A stretch of 64,000 nucleotides of DNA from Azolla caroliniana (Eukaryota > Plantae > Polypodiophyta). Positions 24,568 to 37,400 of this stretch are shown one piece after another. The notes below the pieces were generated by a model. It searched no databases and was not told the DNA's origin. It saw only the letters and a list, made by a program, of their open reading frames with translations. The DNA is taken from NCBI GenBank assembly GCA_043228905.1, contig JBHGNT010000006.1, positions 1,860,001 to 1,924,000 of the forward strand. Reading direction: 5' to 3'. The stretch's first letter is position 1, and every line of letters starts with the position of its first letter. The translations under genes and the position numbers were made by a program.

Positions 24568-26375
24568 CAATATTTCGAATCAGAATTAAAACACAAACGA
24601 GATGGGTCTTGGTCCATCTTTATTACATCATAGTGATGCTCTGATGCTCTTTAGTTAGCATGTTTGAGAGAGTTTCAACGTAGATATTTTCTATTGTAGT
24701 GGGATTCTTTTTTATGTTTTGGATGATGTATTGTAGCTAGTGTTTAGCTATATTTCTTCATTGTAGAACGTATATGTGTATCGTGTTTTAGTTTTCAGGT
24801 GGGAAAGGAGTTGTTAACTTAATGTTGCCTAGGTGAGGTTGGGTCCTCTTGTAAAGAAAATCCCAAAACCACTTCTCTGTACCTAAACCAATGATTATTT
24901 TATTTTAATTCATTGACATATGGAGGGCTTACTCTTATGTTAACCTTAATGATTTCATTATGATGACAGTTAAACACCACCCTTTCAGATTTGGCATCCT
25001 TCATGAGACATGATGTAATTAATGTCTATTGTTTTTCTGGGCTGAAATTCACCATAAACATTGTTAGACACTTTCAACTAATGATCAAGGGCCTGGCGGC
25101 ATTTATACTGTTCAGATGGATTCATCTTGTGGCTAATTATTGTGTAATAAATAATTAGCATGCACAGCTAAGATACTGTTTGGTTTTTGTTCTTCACTAT
25201 TATGAACAGCTTTGTAATAGACCCACCTCACTGACAATGTAATAGGACCATTCTAAGATGATTTTGGTAACCTGCCTAATTATATGCATGTGCTTGTAGT
25301 TCCTACCATCATGCAAACGTTTTTAATTATATACAGACCATATCAAATTTGAGATGGCTCAAGAATTTAAAGTAAACGTACTTCCAGTGTCTCATGAAAT
25401 AATATAGTGACCCTCATTGTATTTTTACATGGTTCCTTGATTGTCTTATTGTATACTGGATAGGATTTGGTATTTGTCTGCACAATTGCTTAGGATGAAG
25501 AAAAAAGAATTTGGATTATCATATTGGTTCCTTCGTCCTGAGAAATTGAAAAATAATTGTTTATCAGTCCTCAATTTACATGCTTTACACATCTTCTAGA
25601 CTAGAAAAGGTGAAGTAGGGGCAATCGGAACTCTCTCATTTAGTGTATACTATTTGGATAGGAGCTTTAGCACCAAAATATTTTTGTTTTTATTTTACAT
25701 GGCATATGCAAGTGTGCTTTTTTGGCTGTGTAGCATAGGTTTATCTTGGAGCCGTTGGCCTTATTTATCAATCAACCCTCTCGAAGGTACTTATATTTAC
25801 AATTGGAGAGTCTATTTGGTGATCTACAAAGTTGTTGAACCTTTGTTCCTTGTGCTTGTGAGTCCTTTTTTTATCCAAAACTGTTTCTAACTAAGAATAT
25901 GGTTTGCTTACGTTCTTTTCGCTCTAGGCTCATGTTCCATCAGGAATAATTTGGAAGGGTACTCCAAAGAACCACCATCTCCTATTACCACATATAAAAC
26001 ACTGTCACCATTCAGCTCAAACAAAATTTGGGGGATTTTGAAAGTAGTTAACGTTATCTATATATTGGATATCATGTTGTCTTTGTAGATTTAAGTTATT
26101 TGGAGAAGTGAGAAAGTGATGAACTAACCATAATAATGAAAATAAAAACTCCGTGTTTTGGAGTTATTCCCCATAATAAATAACTACATGTAAACAATAT
26201 ATTATGTGCTGATGTAAATTAGTCACCAATTTACTTCTTAAGGAAAATTCATAAATACCCCTATTTGTTCATTATTTCCCTAATGTGATTGGTGGAGTGA
26301 CCATATAATTGCTTGAATATCGTAGAGAACATAATGAAATAATAGGATCCACAGAAGAAAAAAATTGATTGGAGA

Positions 26376-26652
26376 CATTAACACTACAATACCTCCACTT
26401 GTTCTTACAATTCCCATTAACACTACAATACCTCCACTTGTTCTTACAATTCCCATTAACACTACAATACCTCTACTTGTTCTTAGAATTCCCATTAACA
26501 CTGTAATACCTCCGCTTGTTCTTACAATTCCCATTAACACTACAATACCTCCACTTGTTCTTACAATTCCCATTAACACTACAATACCTCTACTTGTTCT
26601 TAGAATTCCCATTAACATTGTAATACCTCCGCTTGTTCTTAGAATTCCCATT
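26376..26652. repeat. 39-bp minisatellite, 7 copies
   Basis: Unit CATTAACACTACAATACCTCCACTTGTTCTTACAATTCC. Confidence 0.97.
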
Positions 26653-27274
26653 CCTCTGGACAATGGCCAAGGTGCCTATTAATACCCTTTGACAAGCTCG
26701 TGCACATCAACACTTGGCATGCCAATGAATGGGTAACAACAACGTTTCAGTGGGCACCCAATCTGTTCCCTCAGATTGTATAGCCCCTTCACAATGATTC
26801 ATACACATATATGAAAGTCAAGTGTTGGAAAGATAGAGGACTGCAAGGAATTGAACTCCAAACCTCTTGAAACACGTGGGATGCCCATGACCTTACATTA
26901 CGGTGGTTCGATGATATCGGATCATATTCTTTACCCTCAAACCATATAAATTCAATAATCATGGATGCCTTTGATAATAAGAGCCACTCAAGACATAGCA
27001 TTCTCTTTACCTTCAAACCATATAAATTCAATAATCATGGTGAATGTGTCTAATAATGAGAGATACTCAAGACATTGCTATGTGTGTTGCCGGCATCACA
27101 TTGGATGGAAATAAAAGAAGGAACTGAGGGGTGCCATAAGAATTAAGCGAAGTCTTGGGGGGTCATCGATGGAAATAAAGAAAAGGTCGGGGATTAAGCG
27201 AAGGATATGAATACTCATTTCAGTGCGTCCTCTGGTTCTCTCGTTCACACGTCTTCTTCTTTTCTTGTTTGATC

Positions 27275-30200
27275 ATGCAGGGGCTCCATCTTTCCTTTGC
27301 AGTCTCATCTCAGCAGACAGTACTAGACCTCTGCCATAGCCAGCAAGATCAAAGCATTCAACTTCAGGAACACGCACGTCTGTATCAAAACATTGAACTA
27401 CATCAAGATGACTTCGTCATCCTTCCGTCTAATAGGCTTGGAAATTCCCCCTTTCGCTTTGATACATCAGGTGCAAATTTAGAGTTAAGATTTTTCCAGT
27501 TTACTTTGTTTTTTGATATTGTAATCCACAAGTTTACACATATCGTGATCTCTAATTTGTCAAAGTATAACATTTCATGACCTCTAATTACACCTCAAAG
27601 TGAAACATTTCATGCTCTCCATATCCATTTTAGCTTTCCAAATTTGGCACATTTCATGGTTTTGCATTCCATAACCATTCAATTTATAATGTTTCAAATC
27701 ATCCGATCTGTAATTTTGCAGAAATACAACATTTCATGTCATTCAATCCGAAAATTAAAATCCAAGATTTCATGGTCTTCAAATCCATAATAACCCAATG
27801 TTCCTTTTCAAATTCTCACATTTCATGATCTCAAAAACGACACCTTTTCAAACTGCGTCATGTCATGAACTCCAAAGCCATGAACTTTCAACATTGCAAC
27901 ATTTCATGATGTTTAGAATCCATGGAAAGCTACATGCATTTTCTAGTTAACTTTCAATGCTTGGAGTGTCAATGGATGTTTGTAATATGCTTTTATTAAC
28001 CGCTACTGCATAATATCTTTAATGATGGCTTGCTAAACGCCATGCTTTTCAAAATGCAACATTCCACAATGTCCAAATCCATTGTCATGTTCTACCGTTT
28101 GATTTGCTAAAGTTGAATGGGTGTTGGTAATTTCTGGGGTAAGATGTTTTATTAGCATTACGCTCATAGGATCTAGAAGATAGCATTACGGTCATAGGAT
28201 CTAGAAGATAGCATTTAGCTCATAGGATCTAGAAGATAGCATTTAGCTCATAGGATCTTGAAGATTGTAAGCTGAATGCAATGTTTTCAAAGATGACCTT
28301 AATTATCATCTTCATATTCATAGAAAGCCATCTGCATTTTCTTGTTAGATTTTGATTCTTGCAGTTTCAGTGGATTCTGTGATTTGGCTTGTAAAGAATG
28401 AGTTATAATCTTTTAGTAGTTAATATCTTAAAGATGGTAAGGTAAATGCTATGTTTTTTAAAGTACAATATTTCATTGTATTCAAGTCCCTGGAAATCTA
28501 TTTCCTTTTCTTGTCAACTTTTGATTTGTGAATCTTCAATGCATTCTATAAGATGCAGCACAAACTTCTAGCAGATGATATCTTAAACATGCTGAAATAA
28601 AGGCTTTGTTTTTCTTATTTTACTGTCAGACGGAAATGGGGTTTTTCAGCATGCAGGACGCTTGCCAAAAGACTGGCCTCCTGATTCCTCTCAAACCGTC
28701 CATCCCCAAGTATAACTTGCTTTTCGAGAAAAAGAAAAAGAATTTCAAGATGATCAAGTTAAGATAACTTTGCTGAGTTGATCTGACAGTCCTGTAATGC
28801 CTTTCTCAGATTGATTATTCAAACGGTCGAGGTACTGTCAAGAATGATTGCGTCAGTGGACATATATCTGAAGATGGTTTGCATTTCACGAATGCAAAAA
28901 GCAGTGGAAGCCTTGGTTCAGTTTGCTTTCATGGAAATTCAAGCTCAATTAAGGATGTAGACCATCTTATATGGTGGAAAGAAGGCTCATATGTTTGTCC
29001 TCCTAAGCTACAGAACTTAGGTGAGACACATCATAACTTTACACTTGACCTTTCTGTTGATGCAACTCAACTAAGAATTATTAGTGATGCAAAATCTTCC
29101 CCGTTTTGTCAAAACATTGCATTGCCTTTGATCGATGATTATGTGCGTGCTATACAAGAACTTCGAAAAGTAAAGAATTTGCCCTTGGCCATGGATATAT
29201 ACGCACATATCTGTAATTATGGCTTAGAATCTTGCAATTATGTTGGTAACCATGTGGTGCCTATGTTTGTTGAATGTGGAAGTTTTCCTAATGCACTAGG
29301 GGTGTTCTATATCTTACGTTCGCCAAATGAGATTTCATGGACATCCATAATATTAGGATACATTGATTGTGGTCAACCGCAAGTTGCACTTAACATGTTT
29401 CAAAAGATGCAGAACAGTAGCATTCTTCCTAGGAGCTATACACTTGTAACCGCTCTAAAAGCTTGTGCATTTCTAAAAGACTTGAAACAAGGCCAAAAAA
29501 TTCATTCCCAAGCTATGGAAAATGGATTTGAGCAAGATAGCTTTGTAGGGAACAGTTTAATCAGTATGTATGTGAAGTGTGGTTCCATTCAGCATGCACA
29601 AGGGGTTTTCAATAAGCTTCTGGATCGAGATGTTATATCATGGACTTCATTAATATCTGGATACGCTGAGTATGGACCTTGGCATGAAATATCTGTTTGT
29701 CTTGATCAGATGCAAATTGAGGGCATCAGTCCAAGTGTTGTCACAGTTGCATGTAGCTTGAAAGCATGTGGTAAATTTGAAGATTTAGGAAAGGGACGAC
29801 AAATACATATGGATATCACAATGAAAGGATTTGATGAAAATCTTTATATTGGCAATGCGTTAGTTGCAATGTATGGTAAATGTGGATCACCTTCAGAGGC
29901 ACTTGTAGTCTTCACCAAATTGCCTAATCGGGATGTAGTGTCATGGACAGCAGTTATTTCTGGCTATGCTGACCATGGACTTTGGCAGGAATCACTAGAA
30001 TTGTATGATGGGATGCAACTTGAGGGAGTTGTTGGAAATTCTGTCACATTTACTTCCATCTTGAAAGCATGTAGTGGCATGGGTTCTATTCAGAAAGGTC
30101 AAATGGTTCATAAGGAAATAATTCTCAAAGGTTATGAGAAAGATCTTTCAATCAGCAATACCTTGGTGAGCATGTATGCAAAATGTTTTGCATTTCCGGA

Positions 30201-31755
30201 TGCACATCAAATATTTGATTTGATTTTAGATAGAGATGTTGTCTCTTGGACCTCCTTAATTGCTGGCTATGCTGAACATGGACTTGGTCATGAAGCATTA
30301 TCATGTTTTGAGGATATGAAATTTGAGGGCATTAAAGCTGATGCGTTTACATTTGCATGCGGCCTGAAAGCTTGTGCTTCTGTTGGAGATCTGGAAAGGG
30401 GCAGACAAATGCATGTAAATATACTAGATGAAGGTTTAGCTACAGATGTTGCCGTTGGCAACATGTTGGTGGACATGTATTCGAAGTGTGGAGCTCTTTC
30501 AGAAGCACGGGAAGCATTTGATGAGCTGCATCACAAGTCTATTGTATCATGGACTTCGCTAATTACAGGATATGCTGAAAATGGACCTTGCTTAGAAGCA
30601 CTAAGATGCTTTGAACAAATGCAATCTGATGGTATTTCTCCAAATGCAGCCATACTTTCTAGTGTTTTGAGAGCTTGTGGGAGCATAGGAGCGATACATA
30701 AAGGGCAGTCCATACATAAGACACTGTCTCAATATGAATTTGGTAAAGACCCTTTAGTAAGCAATGGTTTGATCAGCATGTATGCTAACTGTGGCTCTCT
30801 TGTCCAGGCCCAAGAAGTTTTTGATCAGATGGAAGTTCAAGATGTATCTACATGGAGTACAATGATAAAGGGATATGGAGTGAATCATGAGGGTGAAATG
30901 GCCGTAAAATGTTTCCATGACATGCTTAAGCAAGGTGTAAGTCCAGACGCTGTAACATTTACATGTCTACTTACTGCATGCAACCACAGTAGTCTAGTTG
31001 ATGAGGGATGGGCATTCTTCAAGATCATGAGACAGGACTATGGTATTGTGCCAATCATAGAACATGATGTGTGCATGGTTAGCCTTCTTGCAAAATCAGG
31101 CCATTTGTATGAGGCAGAGATGTTCCTTGAGAGATTATGCTCCTCCTCTCAGAGGACATGGGCTGCCCTGCTCAGTGCTTGTAAAACATATGGAGAAGAG
31201 CAACTAGCATTTAGATGCTTCCAGCGGCTCGTCCAGATAAATCCGAATATTGCTGCTTGGTATGTTCTCATGGCTGGAACTTATGCAGGTGCTAGCATGT
31301 GGGATGATGCTAACAAACTAGAAGAGCTCAGACGGTATGCGGGCATACTAAAAAAACCTGCAAGTGCTTCCATTGAGGTTAACAATCAAGTTCATGAATT
31401 TTTTGTGGGAAAAAATCAAAATGACAAAATTTCTAAGGTGTTGAGTACGATGAGTTCAGACATGAAAGGCGAAGGACATGTGCCTAATGTAGATTTTGTT
31501 CTAAGGCCATTTTCTGATAAGAGAAAAGAATCATTGCTCTGTGAACATGCTGAAAAACTTGCTATTGCATTCGGACTCATCCACACACCACAAGGAGCAA
31601 CATTGCGTGTGACAAAGAGTTTAAGGATGTGTAATGATTGTCATGATGTAAGCAAAATAATCTCAAAAGTAGAGCACAGGGAGATCATTATACGAGATGA
31701 CTGCAGCCTTCATCATTTCATCGACGGATCATGTTCTTGTGGTGATATGTTTTAA
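27275..31755 (+). CDS. PLS-class PPR protein with DYW:KP domain, candidate U-to-C RNA editing factor
   Basis: Main exon open from 28810 to 31755: about 20 PLS motifs, E1/E2, KKPASASIEV, GHVP, CEHAEKLA, RMCNDCH, CSCGDMF. Upstream exons 27275-27470 and 28630-28709 join in frame (~1073 aa) but are less certain. Confidence 0.92.
28153..28265. repeat. 28-bp tandem repeat x4 in PPR intron
   Basis: Unit TAGCATTACGCTCATAGGATCTAGAAGA with minor variants. Confidence 0.95.
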
Positions 31756-33057
31756 CTGCAATGCTGTCTCAGACTACAGAAATTGATTAGCTCAACATTC
31801 ATCTACACCCATGGTCTCTTGCATTGGCTAAAACAGATTCTCTGTATATATTGAGAGCTTCCTTTGCTCTTGACATTTTATTAATATATCTGAGGCTAAA
31901 GCTATATGGTCGCATTGACTCTATTGGAAATGTTGCAGTACATGGGTTCAAGTGCTTTGAGCATTTTCCACACACCCTGAGTCAAGTTTACTGTACTAAT
32001 AAAATTTAGACATTTTTTTGTGCAAGTTTTTATCATGGAAATTGGCCAGAAATGATGCTAGCATCACAATGACGTTTTTATTGTTAGCACCATCCTCCCA
32101 GTATTCTTGCTTCCTATTATTTCTATTATGTCAACTGGCCTTTCTCTTATTTACTTTATGTGGCAGGATAGTGTCAAGAATTGTTCTTCAAGAACTAACA
32201 TCAGCTTTATCTTGTATTTTTATTGTCATGTCATAGGTTCTATTTTGAAAAGTATATCACTAAGATTATCGCAAGCTTCATTTCACAAAACAAAGAGCAT
32301 GTGCAACACCAAGAAACTACCAAGTTTCTTATTCTCTTCTAGGGCGAATATGGATTGAGAAAATTATGTTGAAGAGGGGAAAGAGAGAATGTATTAAGCT
32401 GAAGTATGTGGAGGTCTATCAATGTGAAATGCTAAGTAAATAAAATGTTGTTAATCTGAGTTGAATGCTCAAAAGCCTGGTTTTCGAATGAACTACACAA
32501 CTAATTGCTTGCATGATGCTCAATACCAGGTACTAGAACATACAATGATGGATTTCTAGATTTATCGTTTTTTATCTCATAGAGACATCAAAACATAACT
32601 TCTTTTAAAGAGTGATACTATGAAGTAGAAAAATGGTGATATTGGCAACATATAGGAGAGATTGACAGTGATCGTCCCTTAGTCATTTGTCCAGAAGAAA
32701 CACCATCTTTTGGTATGATTAGTATTTCTTGCATTGATGTTGTACCAAGTTATTGTCATAGGAAGCTACCAAAGATTCATATGATAGGGATTTCTAGAAT
32801 GTTGTTTGTCTTTCTCACGTCAATGTTGTATTCAGTTAGTGTTGTCCAAGCAAACAACTAAAGGTTCATGCAATTGCTTCCAACACGTGAATGGTAGTTA
32901 AAAGGGTAGTCATGGCTGATTAATGACCACGGATAATAATAATGGCACCATTTATGTATCTCAAGCCCTGATTACACAGATACAACACACATTTTTCGTT
33001 TCTCACAATTAGATTTCTTTGAGTTTAATATTTGACATAAAATTCTTGGGTTGATTA

Positions 33058-33330
33058 CAAAGTTATTATAATGATCTAATCGACCAACTCTACATAATGT
33101 CCCACAGTTAATTCATTCTAATTTAATGCTTCAAGTTATTGATGATCGATTCCAAGACATAATTTCTAGACTGTAACATTGCTACAGAGTCTGATGAAAG
33201 TTATTATAACTATCTAATCGACCTACTCTACATAATGTCCCACAGTTAATTCATTCTAATTTAATGCTTCAAGTTATTGATGATTGATTCCAAGACATAA
33301 TTTCTACACTGTAATATTGCTACAGAGTCT
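33058..33330. repeat. 139-bp tandem duplication, intergenic
   Basis: AAGTTATTATAA...GCTACAGAGTCT occurs twice, 139 nt apart. Confidence 0.9.
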
Positions 33331-34448
33331 AATGTAATTGCTTTTTTCTAGATACAATCTCTACACAATTAGATGCTAGCACACCTTCAATGGACATTAG
33401 AAAAAAGTGAAGACATTTTGTACATTTTGTCGAAGAAAATCGATGAGTCTATTATGAACAAAAAGCCATGTGAGTTTGTAAATGCATACAATCAATCTCA
33501 ACCGTCAATATCATTTCTCGTCACTTTAGATAACTTCACCCATGATCCACCCATACTCGGATTGCTTCTTGTTTATTTTATAACAAAATACCCCATTTAA
33601 CAATGCACCCACATGTAAATACCCTATTCAACATGGTAGTATCTCTAACAAACTCAAAAGGCAAAAACGAAATGCATTATAGAAATTCAATTTTTGATCC
33701 TCACTTCAAACACAACTGAGTTTCAATTTAAATATTCAACATATTTCATTGGATAATATGGAGTAGATAAAGCAATACCAGACTGTAAATCGTATCTAGA
33801 AAGTAAGGGTTAGGAAAAGTTTACCACTACAGTTGAGCCCTAGTACCACAGCAAAAGGATACATTCCAGTGCATGTGACCTCTGAGATGCATGTGACCTC
33901 TGAGAACCGTATATTAAAACTCTTCAAAACAACCAAGGTTAGCTTTGACACCAAATGCTACATCAATGTATATCTCGTATGAGTCTTTACTTGAAATAAA
34001 GAAAAAACAAATTGTATCTAAAATAGGTAGCTTCCCATGGCTTGTTCTTAATAGTTCCATTTTCGTGGGCAGAACAAGGCATACATATGGACATGTGTGG
34101 ACATGTACGTATACATGCATACAAACACACACATGCATACACAATATGCGTAACACATACAAACTTGTGTGCATACGCATGCATATACATATGGCAAACC
34201 ATCACTGTGAGAAATGAAAACCCACAAATGAATTAATTGCATGGTAATAAAATGGGTTTGTTGCAATAAATAGCAACCATTTAGTGATTGCCTTCAGAAC
34301 TTGAAGCATCCGTGTGGATCACTGACAGCAGACACATACATACACACATCTATCTATAGATGCAAATTGTTAAGATTTGACTTTGGTATTAACTCCCTTA
34401 TTGAACAAAGATGTCTTGATTTCTCTCTATCTAGCTTATTAATAGATT

Positions 34449-37400
34449 CTAACGGATACCCTCTTGCCTTTGCCTTTTCACGTGTCTTCTCTTATGACGT
34501 CTCCTTCTGATGGCAATCGCCAAATCATTCGGAAACAGCGTTCCCATGCAGGCATGAAGAATGGTGAAGACAAAAAGGATAAAAGTCGTAACAACTGAAA
34601 TGAGAGATAATATAACCGCAAGAATCTGAGGAATCACATGGTGCACCTCCATTGAGTATTCGATCGTGGCAATGGCTGATGATGCCATTGGAAATGTATA
34701 TGCCCACCAAGCAATTGAAAACCTCGAAACACATGCAAATAATTTATAGCTTCCTTTAAACTTCCATGCAAAACATCACAATGAGAATGATCTTTGATAC
34801 AATAAAAATGAATTTATCAATATGCACAAGGTAATGCTTTCATATAGGTACCGGCAACTCTATCTAATATATGCTTGCAGACCATATTATGCAGACCAAA
34901 TCAATGAAACCTATCATAATTCAATTTGCCAAAGTTATCGTTCATTAGCATATCTGTGACAGTTCTTTTCTTGCATGCCTCCATTCTACACTAGACTTAA
35001 TGTTATATGCACATCATAATGACATCGAGATCAATGTGACACTAGAAAATATAACTACAACCTTACACCAAAGGCGAGCTGTGCATGAGAAAACTGGCTA
35101 GGACAATGATTACCCAATCCGTAAGTTCAAAACAATTGGGGACACATTAATAAGCCCACACTACTAATAGTTACGCCTAATCTTATATCCATTATACTTG
35201 GGGACTCCTGAGAATGTAGTTGTGCATATGTTCATAACCATGGATATGTATTCTGCATGAGCATAGCTTTGTTAGAGATTTGTAACAGAAAATTTATATA
35301 TGAGATTTCAAATATTTGTACAAGGAAATCTACTCAACCCATTATGGAATCCACATAATATTGCCACTATTCATTGACTCCAACGCATATTAGTTTAGGG
35401 TTGGAAACACTTTCACCTGAATCCACAGAAGAAGTTGAATCGAGAAACCTGTTGCACACATCCATCTCGAAAACATTATCAAGCCACTTCCATAAACCCA
35501 ATCTAAACTACAAGCAAAGAGCATACACGCACATACATACAGATTATGTCTTTCTTTAGCTCTTTTCCAAATTAATTATAGTTAAGACACCATAAACAAA
35601 ATGTCGAAACTGAATCTAAATAGGACCAAAGAACATACATTCATACACACATTGTATCTTTCTTTAAAAAATATCCTGATGAACTCACCAAGGAAGCATA
35701 AAGGAACAATGCTATGAAGTATGGAACTCTCGAGACACGATCGAAGCTGCCGGAGATAGCTTTCCATGAAATGCTTGCTGCACTAGGGGCAGCAACAAAG
35801 AGGAAAAATATAGGGTGGAGCTCTTTGGGAAGAAGCTCGGCAGTCGGCAAACGTTGATAAAGAGTTACAAAGACAACCATATAATGTGCACAACCTACAG
35901 CCCATAAGAAGAAACCAGGCTCCTTCCAACCGACCACTGCTGCAAGCAATGCGCTCACAAAATACCCCGCTAGTGAAAGATGAATAGATGGATTTGCTAC
36001 ATTTGATAGCCTCCTCTCTCCCCCTGAAGGCCACTGACCATGTATTTTCAAACTTAATACTAACAATGGTGCCACTAATACACACCAAATAACTGGATGG
36101 ATGGTCGAAGCTATTCTTGGAGGGATTCCCAAAAGTAGAAACATACAAGCTATCCATGGAGAAAATACGAAGTTTACTCTCACCGGATGATAGTATTCAC
36201 GCCGTACTGCCTCGAAATATAATATGCATTTCATAACATATACAATAGAGATGATGACAACGGAAGCAGCAGTGATGCACCATAAAAGGAGGTTCACAAT
36301 GAGAGGTACCTTTAGAAACCTCATGGATGAACTTGTGGCAAGTGACTTCCAAAGCATTGTCTGGCTTCCTAATCCAAGGCATATACCATAACATACTATC
36401 GGAAACCGTAGAAGAAATGGCCACTTCTCATCAGGTAGAAGTAGTGGCTCCTCTGGGTCCTATGAAAATACATAAAACATCATTCACGTGAAACGCTCAT
36501 ACTATAATTAGCAATAAAGGCTGACATTTCAAGTAGAAAACTTATACTACAATGAATAAGATACATTCCAAAGTTCATATCATAATCACCAAGAAAGGCT
36601 GAATAATTCAAATAAGATGACCGTCATACTACAATCAGCAAAAAAGGTTGGTTGTATTTTAGTAAAAAACTCGTACAACAATCAATAAGAAAAGCTTATC
36701 TATTTACTACACTACTAAACAAGATCATAAAACACATGGCTTATGATTACATATTGAAGAAATCCTGTTCATTGATAACTGCAATTCTGATTGTCATTGA
36801 TGCAAGCTATATATGTATCCAAGCAGAATGTGTAATAATCACCTTTACCACTTTCAAAATGAGGGCCCTCCACTGCATCAAGGAAAGTTTTCATCAACAC
36901 AAAATCTGTGTTTCTGTGTGGAATATCACATCGACTTATAGTAAGCTTTAAAACCTAAATAAATCAGGGCCTCCAATAAACCAAAGTCTCATTTTTTTGT
37001 ATCTTATACGTATCTATTGCCAAATGTAATAACTTTAATTTACTACCTAAAAATTGGTGCCTTCCAATGTATTGAGTATCATTTTTCTATGCATATCTAG
37101 TCAGCTTTAATGCATCAACATTGACTCTCACTAATGCGCCAAAGTATCATTTGTATTGAAATACATCCTGACATGTATTTATGCAGAATGTGTGATAATT
37201 TATGGGTTCCTCAATGAATCAAAGTACCATTTCCTGTTGTGCAAGTTTGATATGTATATATGAAGAATGTAACAAATCACTTTCAATACTTCCAATGCAT
37301 CAAAGGATCATTTTCACCGGTGCATGTTTTATATGTATATGCCAGGAATGTAACAAATCATCTTCCATACTTCTGGAAATGTGTCCAAAGATCATTTCAT

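Noticed and set aside
26280-26682. Repeat-protein ORFs on both strands
   Set aside because: Openness is explained by a 3n stop-free repeat unit; no gene context.
27560-27915. CRISPR-like repeat-spacer array
   Set aside because: The core is only 10 nt, spacing is irregular, there are no cas genes, and the context is a eukaryotic intron.
36025-36045. Y-to-H and L-to-P codons in SLAC1 as C-to-U editing sites
   Set aside because: This is a nuclear intron-containing gene; PPR editing is organellar, so ordinary substitutions are more likely.
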